From Setoptus koraiensis (lineage: Eukaryota > Animalia > Arthropoda), in NCBI GenBank assembly GCA_048013815.1, contig CM106585.1, forward strand, positions 7,688,001 to 7,752,000: a stretch of 64,000 nt of DNA. The letters run 5' to 3'. Made by a program: the position numbers and the translations under genes. Position 1 is the first letter of the stretch, and every line of letters starts with the position of its first letter. The notes below the pieces were generated by a model. The model saw nothing but the letters and a program-made list of their open reading frames with translations. It did not search any database and was not told where the DNA came from. Shown piece by piece: positions 22,918-34,278 of the stretch.

Positions 22918-25562
22918 GAATAAATTCCCTTCTGCTGCTCAACATTGACATTAATACTCTTTCAATTGACCCAAAAAACTTGTTATGATATCTCCCTGGA
23001 AAGTAGGTGCCGGCCAAAACAAAATAGGGCAACCTTTGTCAGGTTCAGCAACGATGCGCAGGAGCAGATTCAAGTGTTTCAAATCTGACTTTATCTCTTG
23101 GTAAATCAGTTGTCCATCAGAATCACAAAAGAGAAGAATATTCTTCAGCATTACAAAAAAGGAAAATATTTTTCAGTATCTGAGCAAAGAATATACGAAA
23201 CTATCCGATGAATAATGACTATTTGGCTTGGGTTCAGTATCGCGACGCACCCAATCTCTGTGATATGAGAAGCCGACGTGTAATATATCGTCAGTACCCA
23301 ATGTCACGGCACTGAGTCCCAGCGAGGTTTATTTCAAGGCCACGGACCATGGTTCGCTGTGAAAAATCCGGACAAAGTTATTGCTTAATTAAGTAAGTTA
23401 TTGCATGCTACAATGTATTCAATCGATATAAATATAAAATTGACATGTTCGATCGAATTCTTCGCACTCGCTGGCATCTTCTTGTTCCGTGCTACAACCG
23501 CTCTCCGTCATCGCGTGCAACAACTGTGAACTCAACAAATCAGAGTTCGAAAATTTACGCGCTCTCAAATTAAATGTTCCCTGAAATCTTTCTTCTTAGT
23601 AATATGCCTCTCTGAAATATATGCCTCTTCGAAACGACTGTAACCCATATGTTATTAAAAATTTTGATAATTCTAGGGAGGCTTCATGTTCATCGACAGC
23701 TCTTAATCACCTCTCTCCTCTTGATGTCACTGCTAGAAAACAGAACCAATCCAAGTTGCGAACTTTCAACAATGATCGCGTTTGCATTTCGTTTGTTCGC
23801 AAGGCTAATGCGATGAAATGTCTTATGCACCAACATGATCGTTGCCAGGTGAAATGCCGATTTTCATAGCCGGGCCTCCAAAGATTTCTGACTAACATAT
23901 AGCACATAATCGCTGTGGTTTACGCTGTCATCAAATTTTTTGACCAGCAACATAATAGTTGGCAATCCAATCGACCAAGTTCAGTTTAAACGACGCTCCC
24001 GACTGCATTTGTATCTCGTGAGAAATCGGTCCCCAGTAGAACATTGTGGTCGGAAAAATATTCGGGTGCATTACTGTTTTCATTCCACAATCGACGAATA
24101 GATGTAAACAAATGGATGAACTAGCGATGAACCATAAATTATCTTTTTGCTACGTTCCACTAGAAACGATGTCAAGTGCAGTTTGAACTGTGTGCACTAC
24201 CTTTTAGACATATCGTTTGGCCCAGGTGTAATGTTTGAAATAAAGTTTGTTGGTTAGATAGCGAAATATCGTGTTGTTCGAGAGAAAATATCTGTCGCGA
24301 TACCGACCGAAGCTCATTTCAGGCTCTGCATAAAGCATCTTTTTATGCCTTCATGCACTCCTTGGTAGAGTTGGCATCCAACTCCGTTGGTGACATTGAT
24401 GACATTTATATACAAAAAAAATCGATCGACAACAATTTATCACAAGTTTTTCAATCGAATGTCGAAATCAAATCTCGAGCATCGATCTGCCAGGATCAGA
24501 TTGCCCTTAGTCTAGCTCTTAGGCATAGGAGGCACGGTACGGCTCCAACTGAAAATTTCTCTGAATTTCAAAAATCGTGACGACAAAGTCGACAAATTGC
24601 CGGTTGGTCAATTTTTCAATATTAATCGTTGCGTCATTGAGAAGCGCCTGAACGCCTGTCGTCGCGTGACCAACGATCGAAAAAGAGATAAACAAATGCA
24701 TTTTTAGTTGAAAATATTATCGATTAAATTTGCATAGTTCTAGCTAAGTGACCATTCGAGCCTATTATATATGTACGTCTAGACATGGACTTGGTTTCGT
24801 TTCGCATTAAATTGTTCATGCTCGAGTCAGTCACCATAACAAAACTTAGCTCAAATCTTGCTCTGTATTCCGACATAGCATAATTATTCTGCATTTGCAT
24901 TTTAGTTTAGAATCTGACTGGAAATCCAGGATTGTTGTTGTTAATGTACTCAGATTCGCATTGAACTTACAAATTATATCAAATGCTGTGTTTAATTATG
25001 AAATCAGATTACAATGAATATCCTTGCGTACATGGGTCGCACAAACATCGATATAAACGCTCATACATGTTTGAATTCATTCGGTGTATGCGTTTCTTTG
25101 TTTGGTGGAGATCCATATATCAAGTTAGTGTGCCGGCTTAAATTTAAACAATGAAGGCATTTGAGGCGTTTAAGGCATGCCTTTTTCTATTTCTGGCAGA
25201 GTGGAATTTCAGGCCAATTGGCAGAAAATGCTAGAACTATCCGCTGGGGACGGTTGCTGATGAATGTGAACTATACACCAATATCAGCTATCACAAAAGA
25301 ATAGGTTAGGTCGAATGGTAATTGATGAGTCTTCAACCCAGATTCACCGGAAGATTGTCCGTGGAAACTGCGGGTGGCAACGATTCTTCCATATTCACAC
25401 AGGCAAATAAGAGCTTGTGGCCCCCAACACTAGTCGCTTATACCAAAATATATGATGGGATATATAAATATATATATCAATCTGATGAGGATTCTTTGCC
25501 ATTTCAGTGATTTGCATTCTGGTCCATCAATCGATCACGTGTTTCTGTAGTCTTTCATCGAA

Positions 25563-27691
25563 CTAGCTCAATGTTTGTGTAAATTGTGACATCACATATA
25601 CTGCTGTAGTGATCCAGACGGCTATCTGCTCCAGATTAAAAAATTGAACAATTTTTGTGGTTATTTCGGTTGGTTCATTATATGCTGTCGAAACATAGTT
25701 ATGAACAGAGACAAAACTCACGGTGGGAAAATTATCATAGGTGAGCGTGATTGTTTGCAGCATAACAAACGAGGTCTCTGATCTCATCTGTAGATGCGTC
25801 GACGTTTCGATCAGACGCAACCTCCTAGAGGGATCCAACGAACTGTATTCGGCCAGTAGCCATAAGATTCCTTTATTGATAGTCTTGAACTAATCATTCG
25901 ATGAATAGTAGCGGAATTAATAATAATTGGTGTACATCTCATTAATGATTAGATTAAAAGATGGGTTGCACTGGGCGGGAAGTTAATTAGAGTGTTGCAA
26001 AATAAAATAATGACCTTTTGAGCGACGTGTGCGAACATTGTCATTTGGACCAAGACATTACTCGCGTGACATATTAGACAGCAGAGTCCTGCCCACTCTG
26101 ATACAGGTTTATAATTTTCAGTAAACCTATCGAATACTATTATACCTACGTGCCAAGCTGAGGCCGACAACGATATAAGTAAATCCAAATCAGTGCGTCC
26201 CATGAAATATCCGCGATAAGTCTTGAATTCATATAGCAATCTGTGCAAATTCGTTATCAATTGTGAACACTTTTCATTCAATAATCTTCTTCTATGATGA
26301 TCAGCGTTTGATGTACTTTTATAAGCGACATCATAGAAACTTTGAGCTAATTTTGCATCTTTTCTGCCCTTCGATCCCTTCGCCGATGGCGACCTACCTG
26401 TATATCGGACATGTTTCAATTGATCATAATTGAATGCTCGACATTGTTTGCGAAAATTTTCAAGTTGTAAATCTAGAATTCGCAAACGATCATATAATAT
26501 CAATGTGATAACAAATGATGAATTTACATCACAGAGGGAGATGGTATTTACCAATGTCAAAATTACTCTGTTTGTTATCACAATAAAGTGACCGATCGTA
26601 TTACGTTCTTCCATTTGTGATTTCGTCAATACACAGGTTAGCAACACAATAAATAACCAAAATAATGCCACGACAAAGAACGTCAATACACCAATTATCC
26701 TGTAAAGCCACTTGTAGCCCTTATAGCTACAAATTACATAATTTTGTTCACATATTGCCATCAAGTCAAACTTCAACAAATCATCCACCGTCATCTTTTT
26801 CAAAATTGGAAATTTTCTGACGATTTTAGTATCTAAGTCCCTCTCTGTACATAAGTATGTGATGTGATCTTTAACGGACATTTTGGGCGCAAATAAGGAC
26901 GTTGTATATTCCATACCAACAGTAGTGTGCAATTTAGTTGACAAACTTATCGGTTGTTCGTAACGGTGTTCTTCAATTGAGCACGTAGTTGATGCAACGC
27001 TGTATGCTCCCCTGGTGCTCGTCATTTGTTTCCGCAGCAAACAATACGCTCTCTTAATAAGACCACCTAGGATAAACATCATCGCAGCCATGTTTAGTCT
27101 TTTGTTTTGTTCGAATGCAGAAAAGTTGTCGTATTTAATTACTGTTTCAACAAATTCGAACAAGTTACCAAAAACTGCAAACACATAATTTGTTGTTGTG
27201 TTGGAAGCTTCATGAGACAGACTAACTAGATGCTTTTCTAAATGCTCACTTGTTGTGTTGTCACTGTCAAACAATATCGCTGATTGGTTACTCGTATTTG
27301 TATATTTATGAAGGCTTTCTATTTGGTCTGACATGCTGATATCATGTGCCAAATGGGTTTCGGATGTGGGACGGAGTAGCCCATTGTGAACGCACTGCAA
27401 GAACCATATCATTAAATAAAATATTTCCAAAATGTGACAAAACAATCTTGGTTTATTCTCTCTGGCCATCACTAGGAAAACTCGCTTATCGCTGCCATAT
27501 TTGTTATCATAGTAATAAGGGGTCCAAGAGAAATTAAACCATTGGATTATGTATGATAAAATTAAATGTAAGTTGTAAGGAGTTTTAATAATATTTATCA
27601 GTGTGAATTTCTCATTCTTATTTTCGTCATGATGATCGTGAGGCCGATTATTGGTGTTGTTTCGCATTTCTTCTATCTGACTGTCGGACAT
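25563..27691 (-). CDS. Gustatory receptor (7TM ion channel superfamily), ~635 aa; exons 27691-26015, 25889-25722, 25625-25563
   Basis: Multiple TM helices; two phase-0 introns near the C-terminus (AQK|FKT and FPT|IAV), as is typical of GRs; terminal exon IAVWITTAVYVMSQF matches the GR TY-h5-QF-like TM7 signature. Confidence 0.75.
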
Positions 27692-29230
27692 AATGCCGGA
27701 CACACTTTCACACAATGAAACAATAGTTTGTGACGATCAATCGTGGTGACGTTTTCCGACTGATAGATAATGATGTATTATAATAACAAGCAAAGTATTG
27801 TTGCGGATAGGTTATAACATATTTATATTTTAGACATTTTTAGATATATATACTGATTTAGCGATCGTTCTGAATCGTTTGAATGAGGTGGTCTGTGGGA
27901 GATGGAGGTTTGCATTGGCTCTACACTAGGAGTAGCTGCAGCGTTTCATTTATGGGACGGCTTCGGTCAGCACAACAAAAAGTTTAATTTCTGCATGTAG
28001 AACGCGAAGTGACGCGCATGAGATAGTAAAAAAAGTTCACTTCACTTCTGGCGTAGAACCCCAAAACACTGTTATTTGGGCGTTGAATAACGTTCATAAA
28101 CGAGAAAAGAACAGTTAGGAATCACGCCATAAAACTCAAAAAATTTTGGCGATAACTGTTGCGAACCACAAGATTGAAGTCCAGACACGCATTTCTTTAA
28201 TTTCGAACCATTTAATCATTCGTGACAACAACAAATAATCTTCGTGCATTTTTGTATCACCCTTCCGATTGCTATACAATTGTTGTAGTCTATGTTTATA
28301 GTTAGTTTTTCGTTACACTTATCAAGTTTGCATACAAACAATAAACGACTGAGCGGAACTAGAAGGCCACTATAGAGGGCCAAGTATCGCTTTCCAAGAT
28401 GCATCATTTCGTGCATCAATTCATTAGAAACTCTAGACTTATAGTAAAACATATATACATAATTTATTCATTCAATTCGCTCAAGATTGTCTGGTTCTTG
28501 GGTCCTTCCTGTCTGTCTAGTGAATGTCTTTGAGATCTCTTTGTTGTATTTATTTGTGAAAGAAATGTAGAAATAAACTTTGTAGACATCATTAGAAAAA
28601 CGAAAGTCGCAAAAAACTTTCTTCTGTATTTGTGCAGATAACCCTTTCACGACTGATAGTAACGTTTTTGAAATATTCAAAAAAAAAGTTGCACAGTTTA
28701 AGTTGGGACACACTGTACAATGTTCTCGATCAATTGTCATATAGACGAGAATAGTTACAATTGTTTGCAAAGCGGTTGTCTCATTTTGGGGTGTTTTTAT
28801 TTTTGGTCTTCGATTCTTGAAAATAGGGTATGTTTGGAAAGATCTCTCTCCGGTGGAGCCAGAAATCTGGTTTATTTCTGTTTCTGGTTTTTCGTTCACC
28901 AAACACGCCCACTTTTCTCAGAATTTCAACTTTGAGGCCCCGTTTCACCCCGAGAGAGCTGAGATACAAGGTTAATTTCGGCTCTGAACGACGTCTTCTT
29001 CAGTGAACTATAAGGTGAAATAAAAAAATAGTGAGAAAAGTCGCGCAGTCTTGGTTAAAATTACGAAAAACCTAGGATACCGGGATCGAGATTTTCTCAC
29101 AAAATGATACCATAGGTCACTCGAAGTCAGCAACCTCATATTTATTTGATAAAAATCTACTAGTTATGAGAGTTAGTTTTGTACAAATATTCATAGGCGA
29201 ATAATCAATAAGTTTAATTGGTGTCCATAT

Positions 29231-32200
29231 TTAACTGATTGATTGGTGATTGTGAAATCTGACTTCAGACTTTTTAGTTTTTTTCTTTTGGATTGTCTTG
29301 AGGTTGACCGCAGATATTTTGCACTTGTTTGGAATATTGCGAGCAAAGTCTTGATCTTTGCAACTTTTCAGCAGATCTTTCTCGCGTTGGCTGGCATTCT
29401 TATCGAACAAGAAAACACTGAGGCATGTCTTAGCGGCTTTACCTCTCTTGTTTGTTCCAGGTATTACTTTTACTTTGAATTTGTACGATTGCAACGCTGA
29501 ATAGGGGCCACAAACAGGAATGGCATAGGATAAAATATCATCTTGAACAGGTGCACCTGTCAATGTATCTACCAGTCTATGCTCTTTGTTGCCTTTCTTG
29601 CTCTCGTCCACATCGTCATCATCATCTTCGTTATCCAGATCATCATCATTGTTATTGTCGCTCCTATCCGCGATAGGCTGGTCACCAATCACAACGGCAA
29701 CATCTTTTTCTGACTTCTTCTTATTGGTTCTGTCTTCATCGCTGTCATCTTCCTCACGCCCTCCGCCACCATCTTCACCTATACGGTGTCTGGAGTCCGT
29801 TGCTTCCAACAAGGTGATTTCGTTGGCCTCTGAAGTATCATCACTAACTTCGGTAATGGTTCGCTTACGCAAGTCTTCAAATTCTTTGTTTTCTTTTACC
29901 ATCAGTGCCTCTCGCCTGAGTCGCTCTTTAAATCTCTTCTCAATGCTCTCTTCCTCTAGACGGAACAAAAATCCAAATCCCAACACCAGCGTAGACAATG
30001 GTAAATAGTTTTTCTTGCCACGAATTATGAACGCACCAAGAGTCAAATACTCACCAGCCGGTGCTGTCTTGGACACTTGATTGGGATATACCCACCATGA
30101 TGTTGTGGCAATTTTAGCCTCCCAAGCCGTCGAGTAACATGCAGCCATCGTACCTGCTTCGGTGAGTGTTTTAGGTGGCACCTGTTCTGTATTTGATACA
30201 TTCTTCACAATTACTGATGAAGCACCATGCAAATCAGCGTGAACATATATATCATTTGGTTTCATGTAACGTTTCACCAGAAGTTCATTTTGCTCGGCAT
30301 CACGACCTGCGACTACAAGATAACCGTCGGACGATATAAACCAAAAGAAGTTCTCGAACCAATAACGTTTGCGAGCTTTTGTAATATTTGACTTTATGAC
30401 AACTTCCTTCAACATTTCCTTTGCCTTCCTCTCAACGTTTTTGAAAGCTTTTGCCGATATATCTATTGTTTTTTGTTCCTTCTTCACGGCAAAACGACGC
30501 TTATCAAAGTATCTTCGAGCATTGGCGTAAGCCGATATGCTGATATCAATATCAACCAGTTTAGAATGTTTCGATTTATCATCTTTTCCTGATTTTTTTT
30601 GCTCCTTCTTTTTGCTCTTATTTTGTTTCTTCTTAATTTTCTCATCATCGTCGCTATCACCAGAGGATGATTCAGAATCATCTTGGGAATTATCATCGTC
30701 ATCACTGCTGAATTCTTCATATGGATTCTCTAGGCACATTGTAAATTCGTTTCTGTCAAACTTCACACCGGTTATCAAACAAGCAACAGGGTCCTTTTTA
30801 GCTTTGGCCTCCTTGATGGTCTCCCAAATATCACTCCATGAAGTCTGGCAAGCTATTAAACTCCTAATAACGAGTAGAGCATTCTCCACCTTATCACAAT
30901 TCAACTCTATAAGTCTGGCTTTTTCCTCGTCTTCCTTCTGCGCCTTGGCCAAACCATCTAGACGTTTCTGGTGATCAAGCTTAATATTCTCTAGACGTTT
31001 TCTGGCGTCTTTCTCAGCGTGCAAAGCCTTAGAGTCAATCTTCTGACTTTCCATGTTACAAAAATAAATATCTACTGCTTTATCAAAAGAGTCAAACTCT
31101 TTGAATGTGAGCGTTGTGGGGTCCTCTCGGATTTTCATGTCAACGCATGATTTGATAGGATAGAAATCTATATTGGTGAGATACTCCTGCTCAGACTCTT
31201 TGTTTGCATCCTTATTCTTGCTGGCATTGTTGTTCTGATTATTATTATTCAATTGTGATTGCTGTCTCTTTTGGACAATGTATCCAGGGCTGCATGTGGA
31301 TTCTTTAACTGATTTGAATTTTTCATCAGCAGAATCAAGTGCCTTGTGTATTTTATTTGCTATCGCCTCTACTCGCTCGGGATCTAAACGACCGTTATCT
31401 TTCAGAATTGGGATAGTAATAGAACATTTGCGTCCATTTATATCCTCACCAAGGTGAGTAATAAGTGAGTCCTCCAACAACCCAGCTCCGTAGACCACCA
31501 TAGGATTCAACAAATCTTTCAGACCTATCTCTTGGAAATTCGAATCTTTCTTTGTCTTGTTCTTGCCTTTTCCTTTCCTGTTCTCCATAACCGATGTAGA
31601 ATTATTGAGTATCTCTCTTATTCTGTCGATATGCAAAACTTCAAGGTCCTTTTCCTTTCTGGAGGCAACAAGCGGGTATATTTGACCAACTTTAAGATTT
31701 TCACTGTCGGCCTTATCCCTGCTATTAATAGTTTCGGTGTGATCAGCAGCGGCATTTTCTTGTTCCCCTTCTTTGACTGGTACGGGTTTTCTCCAGCGAA
31801 GAATATTGAGTATGGTGTAATCGCAGTCGGTTAATATCAAATTACCCCGATCGTACAATTCCACTATCAAATGATAAGCTGCATGACTAGAACCAAATTG
31901 TATGTCAACCAATCTATCGATGCCTATTTGATTAATAGATTCGATACGTTTGTTTTTGAGATGCTTACGTAACTTTAAAGCAAAGCCATTTGGTGTGTGA
32001 GATTTTGGCCAGTCATAATCTGTGGTGTGCATCCTTAGTCCAGATTCAATGATAAAAAACATCTTGTTTGCATTTTCCTCTTCTTCGTTGATGGGATCCG
32101 AGTCGGATTTCATCTGAATCAGTGACTTGTTCAGTTTGAACAAATACGTTTTAGAATCGCAATCGTAAACTTGATTCACTCTCCATCCGCAAATTTTGCT

Positions 32201-32254
32201 TCTAAGCTCAGGCAAAATGGCCACAATATCCAAAGTGGAGAATCTACCCTTCAT
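29231..32254 (-). CDS. NEMF: NEMF / Rqc2 ribosome quality-control subunit, 1007 aa, intronless
   Basis: MKGRFSTLDIVA; LRKHLKNKRIESINQIGIDRLVDIQFG; LIVELYDRGN (NFACT-N); WFENFFWFISSDGYLVVAGRDAEQNELLVKRY, YVHADLHGASS, VSKTAPAGEYL (NFACT-R); DSLTG-like DTLTG and AIPVCGPYSAL...KFKVKVIPG (NFACT-C). Confidence 0.97.
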   Translation of the reverse strand: MKGRFSTLDIVAILPELRSKICGWRVNQVYDCDSKTYLFKLNKSLIQMKSDSDPINEEEENANKMFFIIESGLRMHTTDYDWPKSHTPNGFALKLRKHLKNKRIESINQIGIDRLVDIQFGSSHAAYHLIVELYDRGNLILTDCDYTILNILRWRKPVPVKEGEQENAAADHTETINSRDKADSENLKVGQIYPLVASRKEKDLEVLHIDRIREILNNSTSVMENRKGKGKNKTKKDSNFQEIGLKDLLNPMVVYGAGLLEDSLITHLGEDINGRKCSITIPILKDNGRLDPERVEAIANKIHKALDSADEKFKSVKESTCSPGYIVQKRQQSQLNNNNQNNNASKNKDANKESEQEYLTNIDFYPIKSCVDMKIREDPTTLTFKEFDSFDKAVDIYFCNMESQKIDSKALHAEKDARKRLENIKLDHQKRLDGLAKAQKEDEEKARLIELNCDKVENALLVIRSLIACQTSWSDIWETIKEAKAKKDPVACLITGVKFDRNEFTMCLENPYEEFSSDDDDNSQDDSESSSGDSDDDEKIKKKQNKSKKKEQKKSGKDDKSKHSKLVDIDISISAYANARRYFDKRRFAVKKEQKTIDISAKAFKNVERKAKEMLKEVVIKSNITKARKRYWFENFFWFISSDGYLVVAGRDAEQNELLVKRYMKPNDIYVHADLHGASSVIVKNVSNTEQVPPKTLTEAGTMAACYSTAWEAKIATTSWWVYPNQVSKTAPAGEYLTLGAFIIRGKKNYLPLSTLVLGFGFLFRLEEESIEKRFKERLRREALMVKENKEFEDLRKRTITEVSDDTSEANEITLLEATDSRHRIGEDGGGGREEDDSDEDRTNKKKSEKDVAVVIGDQPIADRSDNNNDDDLDNEDDDDDVDESKKGNKEHRLVDTLTGAPVQDDILSYAIPVCGPYSALQSYKFKVKVIPGTNKRGKAAKTCLSVFLFDKNASQREKDLLKSCKDQDFARNIPNKCKISAVNLKTIQKKKTKKSEVRFHNHQSIS

Positions 32255-34278
32255 TTCGATCGCTGGATTATCCTACCAATGAACAATTTTTGAATACCGT
32301 AAGCAAAAGAAACAGAAATGATTCTGTGATAATAATAATTTCGATCTTTCCTGCCTTAATATTCAAAATCGAACCACAATAACATGATTTTGGTGACGGG
32401 GCATTTTTGAAGTTGTTGTGTAGATGTGCACTGTTTTGCGATGGATAGTTAATAATTGTAGGATTGTCGACTGGAAGGGAAAACCGTCTCTGTTGCCAGT
32501 ATATCAAGGTATTTTATACTTCCATCAATGGTAAAACCAGATTTTATATTTATAAATATAATTCTTCTTTTCTGCAAGTTGAAGCATCTGACCGACAAAT
32601 GCAAAATGAGTGAAATGTTTTTTTTTTCTTTTTCAGAACATGTGTTCAAACAAAAAGCTCGCATGTGCTCTGGCATGCTCGTCTTCCGTGTTATTACAGC
32701 CTTAATCTCAAACGTTAATCTCTTGTTTTCATGCTGATACCCTAGAACAATTCTGATGGTTACAATATTACACGAGCCGACATATCGGGATATTATCAGA
32801 TTCAACCAGATATACCGTATAGACGATTCACCATTTTCAAATTCCTACAGAGGCATTCACAGATGAACATATGTTTGTTATCGGACAAAGCACGATTTTT
32901 AAGAGACAAAATTGATTCAAATCACCATGAGCATACATGGGCCCACAAATGCAATAGCTATTCGGGTGCCGTGAGTGGGTGGATTACACTTGGCAGAGTG
33001 AACCGAAAATATGAAATGGCAGGACACCATAACTAATATTTATCAGGTTGTGTAGTTCAAAAGTTTCTCCCAATGATTATCGCACAACAGTTATGACCTT
33101 TACCTGGGCACACTCTCTGGGGAGCCTTTAGCGGAGGCTCTTAGCCAAAGGTCACCAGACCTGGCTGATAGGGATAGTTAGTGGCGCTAACTTGAAAGTT
33201 ACCGAAGCCGAACGTATAGAATAAGAGTGAATTCGAGATTCAATTTACGACTTTGCAGAAGCCGCCAACCTGACCAGTTAGATGGTTTCGCAATGATTGG
33301 TAACAATGAGGCGTCAGTGATAAGTTGTTATCAGGCGCAAAAACATATTGAAGTTGCCCAATTTTATACATATATACATATATTGGTATGTGCATATTCA
33401 GGTACAAACAAACATGAACAATCAATTCCATATTTATATACATTTATATAGATATAGATATATACATACAAATTCACATTCACGTTATGTACGTATAATA
33501 ATATTATTAAGTATGTATGTATGTATTATGTAACATTGGTTGTGTTGGTGTGAAAATTTGAACAATGAATAATTATCAGCATCTATGGTTTATAATACAG
33601 GTACTCAATTACTAGATATTGGTTGTGGTTGGTTGATTGGTGATAGGTGATAGTTGTTAGTTACAGAACCACATAGACTGCTGCTGTAGTTATTATTACA
33701 TAACTACTGTTGTATTAAAATTGTCTAGCAATAGATAATAGTGGCCATGTTGTTGCATTGTGTTTGTTTGTGTGTATGGGTGGGTTATGATATATAATCT
33801 CTCTTAAGCGGCGTCAGACAATGAGAAAATATCATAATCAAAGTAGGTATAACATGTCCATGTGATGATTCATATGCTCTATCAGACATACTCCTGTCGT
33901 GGATATCTGAACGCTTGTTGTGAAGTGTAGTGACTGAGAAAGTAGTAGTATTGTGTGTGTGTCTGTGTGTGGTTTATGGTGAAACGACAATAGATATAAT
34001 AGATCTAAGGACACACTAACACTTCCTGTGTCCTATTAGTTGTCGATGATGATGATGATGTCGGTGTTGGTGATATTGGTTTTGGTGGACTTGCGGTCCA
34101 TTTCGGCCTATATGACGCCAAAGAGCGGCTTCCTTCCGGTTTCGCTGGTGTGGCCCGCTAGATTGATGTGTTTGTGAGTGAGTGATCACGTTATTTTTAG
34201 TTACGTAACCGCTAACAACACTACATTGTGGCCATGACAGCCACAGTGGTGGTAATGGGCAATAATGATACCGTGATG

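Noticed and set aside
29243-31834. Plus-strand ORFs overlapping NEMF, and similar antisense ORFs over the N-like, Myb/SANT, GR and ENPP genes
   Set aside because: Antisense or off-frame shadows of strong coding sequence.
33094-33154. Nested hairpin (TGACCTTT/AAAGGTCA enclosing GAGCCT/AGGCTC) and a U1-like TTACCTGG
   Set aside because: No match to the rest of U1 or to any snRNA, snoRNA or tRNA I know; short stems of this size can occur by chance.
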